64,000 nucleotides of DNA from Nitrospiraceae bacterium (GTDB lineage: Bacteria; Nitrospirota; Thermodesulfovibrionia; UBA6902). A program made the translations under genes and the position numbers. This document shows, one piece after another, positions 47,263 to 54,438 of this stretch. Every line of letters begins with the position of its first letter. Within the stretch, counting starts at the first letter, position 1. The notes beneath the pieces were generated by a model. The model was not told where the DNA came from. It saw nothing but the letters and a program-made list of their open reading frames with translations, and ran no database searches. The DNA is taken from positions 10,372 to 74,371 of the forward strand of contig QZKC01000083.1 in the NCBI GenBank assembly GCA_003599425.1, given 5' to 3'.

Positions 47263-47326
47263 GTCATTCCGGCTTGACCCGGAATCCAGAGGAAAAAGAC
47301 TGGATTCCCGCCTCGCTGGAATGACG
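47263..47326. repeat. dispersed palindromic repeat, copy A
   Basis: gtcattccggcttgacccggaatccagaggaaaaagactggattcccgcctcgctggaatgacg. The outer arms gtcattcc/ggaatgac and inner arms ggaatccag/ctggattcc are nested inverted repeats. Confidence 0.8.
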
Positions 47327-47520
47327 CTACTTCAAAAAATATTATTCAGCATCTACTAAAGACTACTGAAATATCAAACACCCTCTTTGATACAAAGAGG
47401 TGTCCACGTCAAACTATGATTTTTTTAGAAGCGGATTTTCGTAAAGAGTATTAACAAGATTATAAAGATTATTCTATTTTTCTTGTTAATAAAAGATTAA
47501 TTAGTTAATGGGGATGGGAA

Positions 47521-48426
47521 TTAACTATTTCTCATGGCGCCTAAATACGTGCTGAGATTGATATTCTTGTTCTTTATGGAAAGCTTTTTCCGTATGCTTT
47601 GCCTGTGGCAATTGACCGTTTCTACGGAAAGCTTCATGGTCTTTGCTATTTCTTTTGTCTGATAGCCTGAGACTATGAGGTTGGCTACCTTTATTTCTTT
47701 AGGGCTCAAACCAAAATATTTTGATGACAGGCTGTTTGAGAGAGGAGAGACGATCTCCTTCAGGTTTTTTTCAAGAATGGTTACACAATTTAATACATCC
47801 GGCTGTGTAAGCGTTCTTTTTATTTCTTCCAGATAAGGCATGACCAGATTTCTGACATTAACTAAAATACTTTCTTTGAGTTCTTCACTGTTTTTTTCAT
47901 ACATATTCAGGACCACCTTCAGTGCGGCGTTGAGATCCTCAAGTTCGGAGGTTTTTCTTTTTAATGTTTCCTGTGATGACTGTATCTCCTGTTCCGCTTT
48001 CCTGCGGCGCGAGATATCTCTTACAATGTGAATAAGTCCCTTAAGTTGTTTCTTTCCGTCAATGCGCGGGATGGCTCTTATTTCCATGTGCATATTTAAA
48101 TGAGGCTCAAAGATCTCGAAGGTCGCCGGTCTTTTCGTTTTGATGCACTGACAGCTCTGGCATCCTTTCAACGGTTCATTCGTACCGTGATAATACCTGT
48201 AACACTTTCCAAAGCTCCTTGCCGCCGATAAAATCCCCAATTTTTCTCTTGCAGCCCTGTTGGCGTTTATGATATTGAAATCCCTGTCATGAACAGTGAT
48301 CATATCTGTGATGGTATTAAATATTTCCTCCCACTCGGTCTGAGACTGTAGGACCATATCGACCTTTATTTTTTGTTTTGTGACATCAATCTGTTTTCCC
48401 ATAATAAAAGAGATTATTCTCTCCAC
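47521..48426 (-). CDS. PAS-domain / coiled-coil / LuxR-type (GerE) HTH transcriptional regulator
   Basis: 301 aa. The N-terminal PAS-like segment is EWEEIFNTITDMITVHDRDFNIINANRAA. The C-terminal HTH is LSPKEIKVANLIVSGYQTKEIAKTMKLSVETVNCHRQSIRKKL. Confidence 0.8.
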   Translation of the reverse strand: MERIISFIMGKQIDVTKQKIKVDMVLQSQTEWEEIFNTITDMITVHDRDFNIINANRAAREKLGILSAARSFGKCYRYYHGTNEPLKGCQSCQCIKTKRPATFEIFEPHLNMHMEIRAIPRIDGKKQLKGLIHIVRDISRRRKAEQEIQSSQETLKRKTSELEDLNAALKVVLNMYEKNSEELKESILVNVRNLVMPYLEEIKRTLTQPDVLNCVTILEKNLKEIVSPLSNSLSSKYFGLSPKEIKVANLIVSGYQTKEIAKTMKLSVETVNCHRQSIRKKLSIKNKNINLSTYLGAMRNS

Positions 48427-48452
48427 TTTAATTACAACAGCTATTCTAAAAT

Positions 48453-48528
48453 GTCATTCCCGCGGAAGCAGGAATCCAGAAAAAAGAACTGGATTCTCCG
48501 GTCAGGCCGGAGAATGACAGTATTGAAT
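48453..48528. repeat. dispersed palindromic repeat, copy B
   Basis: gtcattcccgcggaagcaggaatccagaaaaaagaactggattctccggtcaggccggagaatgac. Confidence 0.8.
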
Positions 48529-48608
48529 TTGATTTATACACCCTGTGCTGTCAGCGCAGTGCTCATAACAACCAAGCATGACAAGTCGGGCCACATCATC
48601 ACAATCAA

Positions 48609-49688
48609 TCAGCGTTCAGGATAGTGAACCCCCTTTTTCTTCCCATCCACCTCGCCCTCCCATGCGCTGAGTCCTCCCCTTAATCCTTTTACATCATATC
48701 CGAGGCTTTTCAGGATAAATGCCGCCGGCATTCCCCATGCTTCCACGCCGCAGTATGTGTAGTATTTTTTCTTTGGGTCCAGTTCTGTATATCGCCTGCG
48801 CAAATATTCGAGCGGGATATTGATAGCACCGGCTATATGCTCATCTTCAAATTGCGGCTCCAGTCTCGTATCAATGAAAATGACATCTTTTAACTCCTCA
48901 GGAGTGATATCTTCCGGATAGACTATTTCCAGAAAGGACGTCTTCATTATCTTTTCAAAATCGGATTGGGAAAGGGCAAGAACGGTGGTCTCTTCCAGTG
49001 CGCGGCAAGTCGCGCTGCGGCGTTTACCCGAGATCAATGCCTCTTCTCCAAATCCCTCCCCTTCACTGAGGACAGCCACCTGTTCAGGCTGTTCTCTGTT
49101 TTCCTTTTTCAGAACAGCAACACGCCCGGACTTGATTACGTAATACAAATCCCCCTTTTCTCCTTCACTAATGATATTTTCTCCAAAGGCATATTTCTTC
49201 TCGATGAATTTATCCGAAAGGGCAAACATCTTTTCGGGCTCGAGAAGAGCAAAAGGCTGAAGAGTTTTTATCTTGTTGTATTCGGAACAGGCATGCGCCT
49301 TTGAACCCAGCATGCAGGAAATAGCGGAATCCATGCCGACCACTTCCTCAAAATCTTTCTTGAAAAGCTTATAAAGCTCTACATCCGTTTTGGCTTTAAC
49401 GGTACAGAAACGGGGGGAACATGTCAGCAATGCCATCTCGCCAAACCCTTCACCGCACTTGATAACAGTAATTTTGGCGTCCTGCCCCCACCTGGTCTTT
49501 TTCTCTACTTCGACTTCTCCTTTCTTGACCAGATAAAATGCATCCGATGGCTCGCCTTCTTTGATAATCTCTTTCCCGGCTGGTAATTCTACTTGATCAA
49601 ATTTTTTGGCAAGCTCTTCCAAAGCACCGTCTGAAAGACGTGAAAAGAAAGAATATAATTTCAGCATGCTTGGCGACAAGATATTCAT
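48609..49688 (-). CDS. tandem cNMP-binding domains + rhodanese-like domain, paralog 1 (degenerate rhodanese loop)
   Basis: 359 aa. Two CAP_ED-type domains are present (GFGEMALLTCSPRFCTV; GFGEEALISGKRRSATCRA). The C-terminal rhodanese fold has IFIDTRLEPQFEDEHIAGAINIP and loop YCGVEAWG, which has the Cys but no Arg. Confidence 0.8.
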   Translation of the reverse strand: MNILSPSMLKLYSFFSRLSDGALEELAKKFDQVELPAGKEIIKEGEPSDAFYLVKKGEVEVEKKTRWGQDAKITVIKCGEGFGEMALLTCSPRFCTVKAKTDVELYKLFKKDFEEVVGMDSAISCMLGSKAHACSEYNKIKTLQPFALLEPEKMFALSDKFIEKKYAFGENIISEGEKGDLYYVIKSGRVAVLKKENREQPEQVAVLSEGEGFGEEALISGKRRSATCRALEETTVLALSQSDFEKIMKTSFLEIVYPEDITPEELKDVIFIDTRLEPQFEDEHIAGAINIPLEYLRRRYTELDPKKKYYTYCGVEAWGMPAAFILKSLGYDVKGLRGGLSAWEGEVDGKKKGVHYPER

Positions 49689-49750
49689 TGGACAACTCCT
49701 TTAAACAATTATTGATGCCAGTAACATTAATGTCCTATCCTCGGATTTTT

Positions 49751-49848
49751 GTCATTTCGGGCTTGACCCGGAATCCAGCGAGAAAAGACTGGATTTTCGA
49801 AGCGAGTCTCCGCGAAGAGTCGCTCCGACCCGCATTCGCGGGAATGAA
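49751..49848. repeat. dispersed palindromic repeat, copy C (extended)
   Basis: gtcatttcgggcttgacccggaatccagcgagaaaagactggattttcgaagcgagtctccgcgaagagtcgctccgacccgcattcgcgggaatgaaat. Confidence 0.75.
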
Positions 49849-49866
49849 ATTACATCGGACATTTCT

Positions 49867-49893
49867 CAAAAAGGGTCACGCCCCCTGTGAACC
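49867..49893 (-). terminator. intrinsic terminator candidate after paralog 2
   Basis: The minus strand reads GGTTCAC-agggggc-GTGACC-cttttt, starting 7 nt after the TGA at 49900-49902. The stem has one bulge. Confidence 0.45.
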
Positions 49894-49899
49894 GCATGA

Positions 49900-50973
49900 T
49901 CACGTAGGCGTAAACGCTGCGTGCACCCCTTCTGATTCACCTTCTACAGGCCCTGTCCAGTTAAGCAATCCTCCTTTTATGCTCATTGCTTCAAAACCAT
50001 GACCGTTCAGGACAAAAGCTGCTATTGCGCTCCTGGCTCCCATGAGGCAATAAACAAAATATTTCTTTAAGGGATCAAGCTCGGCATATCTCTGTCTCAA
50101 CTCATCCAGAGGAATGTGGAGGGCATGCGGGATGCGCTCCTCATTAAATTCCATCTTCATGCGGACATCAAGATAGGTTGGATCATCTTTCTTCAAAACC
50201 TCCTCTGCCGATATCTCTTTCAGAAAAGATGTTTTCAATGTTTTAGCGAAATCATCCTGAGAAAGCGTCCAGACGACAGTATCCTCCAACGCCTGCACCG
50301 TCGCACTCCGTGGAGATTCTGTCAGGAGCGCTTCCTCCCCGAAGCCCTGCCCTTCGTTCAGGATAGCAATATTCCCGGTCTGATCGTCAATATTTTTTTT
50401 AAGAACGGAAACGCTTCCTGACTTGATGATGTAGTAAATATCACCCTTATCACCCTGATTGATAATATTCTCACCTTTGGCAAATTTTTGTTCGCGGAGT
50501 TTTTCCAGGATCACTGCCATTTTTTCGGCTTCAAGCAAAGCAAATGGCTGAAGGGTTTTCATCCGATTATAGCTGGAGAAACTTCTTACATTTTTTTCCG
50601 CCTGCACTGAAAATGCGGAATCCAGACGAACGATCTCTTCAAAGTCCGCTTTCAACAGCGCAAGCAGCCTGACATCGCTTTTTGCGGCAACTGAGCAGCA
50701 TCGGGGAGAACATGTCAAAAGCGCCATCTCACCAAAACCTTTATTGTTGCCAAGAACAGATATTTTTGCTTTTTGTCCCCATTTTGTTTTTTTGAATACT
50801 TCGACTTCGCCTTCTTTTACGAGATAAAAAGCATTTGCCGGGGCATCTTCACTTATAATTTCAATTCCGGCTGGAAACTCTACGGCATGAAGTTTTTTTG
50901 AAATAGCCTCAAGGGCTGCATCAGACAGGTAGGAAAAATAGCAGTACTTTCTTAGTTCCCTGTAGTCAGACAT
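49900..50973 (-). CDS. tandem cNMP-binding domains + rhodanese domain, paralog 2
   Basis: 357 aa. Contains GFGEMALLTCSPRCCSV and GFGEEALLTESPRSATVQA. The rhodanese active-site loop is YCLMGARS (Cx4R). Confidence 0.8.
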   Translation of the reverse strand: MSDYRELRKYCYFSYLSDAALEAISKKLHAVEFPAGIEIISEDAPANAFYLVKEGEVEVFKKTKWGQKAKISVLGNNKGFGEMALLTCSPRCCSVAAKSDVRLLALLKADFEEIVRLDSAFSVQAEKNVRSFSSYNRMKTLQPFALLEAEKMAVILEKLREQKFAKGENIINQGDKGDIYYIIKSGSVSVLKKNIDDQTGNIAILNEGQGFGEEALLTESPRSATVQALEDTVVWTLSQDDFAKTLKTSFLKEISAEEVLKKDDPTYLDVRMKMEFNEERIPHALHIPLDELRQRYAELDPLKKYFVYCLMGARSAIAAFVLNGHGFEAMSIKGGLLNWTGPVEGESEGVHAAFTPT

Positions 50974-51072
50974 TTACCACCCCCACACATCTAACCAATA
51001 CAGCGGAAGATTAATCCCCCTTTAAAAAGAACTATAAAGGGAAATTTTGTAATTTTGTTTGTTGCGTTTATA

Positions 51073-51309
51073 TTATTTATTTAATAATTCGTCTATCTTC
51101 CCCTGATCAAACCCGGTTACGGCTTCATTATTGATCAATGTTACCGGAAGGGTCCTGATCCCCATTTTCCCTAGATCGTAAATGGCGGTGGGATCAGTTG
51201 CAAGATTGCGTTCAGTGTATGTTACGCCTTTTTGTGAAAGATACTCTTTCACTTTATTACAGTAAATTCAACCGACCTGACTGAAGACAATGATATTTTT
51301 TTCTGCCAT
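51073..51309 (-). CDS. glutaredoxin-like (YruB/NrdH-type) candidate selenoprotein with a U-x-x-C redox motif
   Basis: Not in the ORF track. ATG at 51309 with SD GAGGGG upstream. Translation: MAEKNIIVFSQVG-[TGA 51268-51270]-IYCNKVKEYLSQKGVTYTERNLATDPTAIYDLGKMGIRTLPVTLINNEAVTGFDQGKIDELLNK-TAA (51073-51075). It has thioredoxin-fold landmarks (beta1 IIVF, cis-Pro TLPV, GF). The TGA sits exactly at the first Cys of CxxC. Confidence 0.7.
51234..51252 (-). promoter_or_regulatory. candidate bacterial SECIS hairpin
   Basis: The mRNA reads UGA-auuuacuguaauaaa-GUGAAAG-AGUAU-CUUUCAC. This is a perfect 7-bp stem starting 15 nt after the UGA. The 5-nt apical loop has G at position 2 followed by U. Confidence 0.55.
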
Positions 51310-51375
51310 GGGCAAGCACCCCTCGTAATTTTAGTATTTTATTATAAAGTTACAACCTGTTAAATATCAATAAAA

Positions 51376-51990
51376 TTATTTTGTGCTGTACTCTAATTTA
51401 TTGTTCTGCTTAGTAACCGCACCGATCATGTTTGTGCTTACCTCGTCTAATCCTTCCTGGAGGGCGCTGCTTAACCCCTTTGCGAGGCTCGAAAAACTCC
51501 GGTCAGCGAGTTTCAGCTTTTTATGAATTGTGCCGCTGTATAAGCGCTGGTTGTCAGGTGAGTGGGGATCCGCATCAAAGACAAGAACGCCAAAAGAATC
51601 ATTCCCCTCATCGAGCCTTTCAAACTGTTTCAGATTTATCCTCAGCGAATAAAAACCTTCCGCTGCAATATAGTCTGCCCTTACCTCTTTGAAAATGCCT
51701 GCCCTGGAGAAGGTGTCTTTAAACTGATTCTTTACGATCCTGCTCGGCGACGCCTCCCACTTTGAATACTTTGATATCTCGACCTGATAAGGAGTACTCC
51801 TGTACGCAATGTACGACTGTTTGAGATACTGTTCCGAATTGATACTTATATTCACTGATCCATCTGTCCTTATTCTGACAGGGCCTTTTTCATCAGGCAT
51901 ATAAAGAGTATAAGTTCTTGTCTCAGGCATTGTGCATGCCGCGAAATAAAAAACACATAAAAATGCAATACACTTGCGCATGTCACTCAT
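51376..51990 (-). CDS. PqiC/YmbA-like (DUF330) ABC-transport auxiliary lipoprotein
   Basis: The lipobox is FYFAAC|T after MSDMRKCIAFLCV. The body (YTLYMP..., YQVEISKYSKWEASPSRIVKNQF, RLNLKQFE) fits the DUF330 pattern. The likely start is the ATG at 51990 (track start 52020). Confidence 0.6.
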   Translation of the reverse strand: MSDMRKCIAFLCVFYFAACTMPETRTYTLYMPDEKGPVRIRTDGSVNISINSEQYLKQSYIAYRSTPYQVEISKYSKWEASPSRIVKNQFKDTFSRAGIFKEVRADYIAAEGFYSLRINLKQFERLDEGNDSFGVLVFDADPHSPDNQRLYSGTIHKKLKLADRSFSSLAKGLSSALQEGLDEVSTNMIGAVTKQNNKLEYSTK

Positions 51991-52170
51991 CCGCTTTCTC
52001 CCCTTCCGGGTAAATAACACTCCCAGGGTTTATTTTTTATTTCCTGCAGAAGTTCCCAGAGATCTTCAGTGGTATCATTCAGGTTGGTGATGAGGACCGT
52101 TATATTCCTTGACTGAAAGTCAATCGCATTGCTCAGACTTTCTCCCGATAAAGCCGAAGAAGTTCTCAGC
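51987..52170 (-). pseudogene. 3'-terminal remnant of an MlaD/MCE-family gene
   Basis: A stop-free 60-codon stretch with no start codon ends ...NLNDTTEDLWELLQEIKNKPWE...G-TGA, an MlaD-like C-terminal L..IK.NPW pattern. Its TGA overlaps the PqiC-like ATG (ggATGAgt). The upstream part is replaced by the 3' end of the STAS gene. Confidence 0.3.
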
Positions 52171-52495
52171 TCTTGAGTGCATCGTCCATCTCCCCCACAA
52201 TCTCAAATATACTGTCCAGCTTTGAGAACCTGAATATTTCCATGATCCCCTCGTTCATGTGTACGAGTTTCAGGCGTCCGCCATATCTCTTCATGACCTT
52301 GAGTATCTCTACAAACGTTGCAATGCCTGAGCTGTCCATATAAGGGACCTCTATCAGGTTAACCAGCACTATTTGTGGCTTTCTGGATGTCAGGCGCATC
52401 AGTTCCTCCCTGAGTTCATGCGCGGAATACATGTCTATATCTCCGGAAACCGAGACAAGTTTATGGCCCTTATGTTCAGCAGTTTCAATCTTCAT
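52166..52495 (-). CDS. STAS-domain anti-sigma-factor antagonist (RsbV/SpoIIAA-like)
   Basis: 109 aa. The phosphorylatable serine context is VPYMDSSGIATFVEI. It overlaps the upstream kinase gene by 11 nt. Confidence 0.85.
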   Translation of the reverse strand: MKIETAEHKGHKLVSVSGDIDMYSAHELREELMRLTSRKPQIVLVNLIEVPYMDSSGIATFVEILKVMKRYGGRLKLVHMNEGIMEIFRFSKLDSIFEIVGEMDDALKS

Positions 52496-52910
52496 GCTTC
52501 TCCCTGTTTTTTGTGTATCTGGTCAGGATCAGTCTGTTGCCTTTCTTCTTTTTCTCATCAAAGGCAACGACATCAAAGGCCCTTCTTATCAGATGTACAC
52601 CAAGTCCGCCGGGCCTTACATCATCGAGGTTCCTGCCTGCAATATATTCAGGATGCATTTTCCCGCTGTCCTCTATTACAACCTCAAGCTTACTTTTCGT
52701 GAACCGAAACCTTACAACTATCCTTTTCCCTGTGTCACCCTCATAAGCATGCTTAATCACATTGGAACACGCTTCATCTACGGCAAGCTTTATATCTTCC
52801 GCCTCAGCGGCTGACAGACCATGCAGTTCCGTCATCTTCACAGATACAGCCCTGACAACGGACAGATACTTTGGATGAGAGGGGATAGTTATGATCGTTG
52901 AATCTTTCAT
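52485..52910 (-). CDS. anti-sigma regulatory factor, Ser/Thr protein kinase (RsbW/SpoIIAB-like)
   Basis: 141 aa with a HATPase_c_2 pattern: LAVDEACSNVIKHAY (N-box), EDSGK and RPGGLGVHLIRRAFD (G-box). Confidence 0.85.
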   Translation of the reverse strand: MKDSTIITIPSHPKYLSVVRAVSVKMTELHGLSAAEAEDIKLAVDEACSNVIKHAYEGDTGKRIVVRFRFTKSKLEVVIEDSGKMHPEYIAGRNLDDVRPGGLGVHLIRRAFDVVAFDEKKKKGNRLILTRYTKNREKHED

Positions 52911-52920
52911 CTTATCTGAG

Positions 52921-53094
52921 ATTATTCATAAACCTGGAGCAAGTATGGTGAGAAGAACATATTGAGCAATACCTTAGCATCTAAAATTCTAATATATTCT
53001 GTTCGCACGTGCATTGTTCAGGTATTTTAATAATCCATTGCGTTCAAGATGTTTCTCGAACCATGGCTTGCTCCAAACCAGGTTTATGAATAAT
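52921..53094. repeat. long-range inverted repeat (arms of about 28-34 nt) bracketing about 120 bp; a MITE-like element or large RNA structure
   Basis: The left arm is attattcataaacctggagcaagtatgg (52921-52948). The reverse complement of the right arm (53061-53094) is attattcataaacctggtttggagcaagccatgg. The first 17 nt are identical, then a 5-nt insertion, then agcaag is shared. Confidence 0.6.
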
Positions 53095-53099
53095 CAAGA

Positions 53100-53765
53100 C
53101 TATACCCTTCTGATCTCTACAAGGGTCAGATCATCCACCCTTTCTGCGCCCTTTGAAAAATCATTTACATGATCGACCACTCTGTGAATGATCTGCCTGT
53201 CCTTCATATGCTTTTTTATGAACCTGGTTATCCTGTCAAACCCTATTCTCTTACCGCGTCTGTCTTTCGCATCAAAAATCCCGTCAGTTAATAATATCAG
53301 CCTGTCGCCTTTTTTTAGCGACAGGGCTGTAACAGGATAGTCTGCCGGCAATATTCCGAGAGGCGGCCCTGCCGGTACGCTCATCACCTTTGCCTTTCCC
53401 TCGGAAAGTTGTCTGCTGCCGCGTCCTCAATGATGAGCGGTTTCAGGTTTTCCGCAACCCAGCCCGCGATACCTTTCCCCATATCAAGGACGACCTTCTC
53501 TTTTAATGTTTTCGACATTGCTCTTTGACCGCACAGCGACCTCAAATTCGAGCTTATTCGTTCCCCTGTTATAAAGAAGGATCGAACACGCTTCCGCATT
53601 CATTACCTTTTCCGCCTTCTCCATGACAAGGGTGAGGAGTTTGTTAAAATCAAGCGTTGATGATATGATCGCAGAGTCCTCTATAAGGGTGCTGAGATCT
53701 TGCACCTTTTTTTCGAGAGCTGCAAGATAGTCCCTCGGGACAGCCACCACAGCTTTTTTGGGCAT
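53100..53765 (-). pseudogene. decayed GAF-PP2C (RsbU/SpoIIE-type) phosphatase gene: one frameshift plus an internal deletion
   Basis: Three consecutive ORF fragments cover it. The first is 53484-53765, the GAF N-terminal part ...KLEFEVAV. The second is 53384-53599, where a +1 shift near 53533 continues as ...KVVLDMGKGIAGWVAENLKPLIIEDAAADNF. The third is 53100-53387, which holds only the last ~95 aa of a PP2C domain (PLGILPADYPVTALSLKKGDRLILLTDGIFDA...DDLTLVEIR). The rest of GAF and most of PP2C are absent. Confidence 0.65.
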
Positions 53766-53833
53766 GCATATGGGATAACAGGTTTCAATAAAGATTTCAA
53801 GACAAATGATCGTTTAAGCAGGCAATAATTTTT

Positions 53834-54400
53834 TTGGGCAATAAGATTTCTATTGTCATAAGCTGCCGGGAGAATGTAAAATGCTATAGCTTAATGGACG
53901 GGAGATATTCATTGCTGGACAGGTTACTTAAATGGCACTTTGATCCGGGTAAGGAACACGAGCTCAAAATCTTAAACGAGGTTTCGCTGTTCAGAGGGCT
54001 GAAGAAGCACCTCCTGAGAAAGTTGCTGACAGACCTGTTTGAGAAGGAGTATACGGCAGGAGAAACTGTTTTTTCAGCAGGTGACACCGGAAAGGCGCTG
54101 TATGTTGTCATGTCGGGCTCTGTGAAAATCATCAAACAGGCGAATCCGGAGGAACGCCTCCTCACAACACTGGGGCCCGGTTCATATTTTGGGGAACTGG
54201 CGCTTATCAGGGAGTCTCCACGTTACGCATCAGCAATCGTTGAGGAAAATGCAAGACTGCTGATCATGTATAAATCCTATTTTGACAGTCTTATGAAAGG
54301 CAACAACACGATCTCATCCCTTATCCTTATGAATCTTGCTGAATCTCTTTCAACTTACATAAGCAGCAACCGTTGTTTTGACGACAACGGCAAAAGATGA
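53834..54400 (+). CDS. stand-alone cNMP-binding domain protein
   Basis: 188 aa from a TTG start; the ATG at 53894 is the alternative. The CAP_ED pattern is LFRGL...GETVFSAGDTGKALYVVMSGSVKI...FGELALIRESPRYASAIV. Confidence 0.75.
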   Translation: MGNKISIVISCRENVKCYSLMDGRYSLLDRLLKWHFDPGKEHELKILNEVSLFRGLKKHLLRKLLTDLFEKEYTAGETVFSAGDTGKALYVVMSGSVKIIKQANPEERLLTTLGPGSYFGELALIRESPRYASAIVEENARLLIMYKSYFDSLMKGNNTISSLILMNLAESLSTYISSNRCFDDNGKR

Positions 54401-54438
54401 CAAGCATGGTCCTTTGTAATTATTAATGTGGCGGTAAA

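Noticed and set aside
48373-50002. Plus-strand ORFs 48373..48624 and 49640..50002 (also 55499..56008 and 55680..55862)
   Set aside because: They are translations of the dispersed palindromic repeats (MSFPRKQESR...) and of the conserved 3' flanks and antisense strands of the cNMP-rhodanese genes. They have no independent coding signals.
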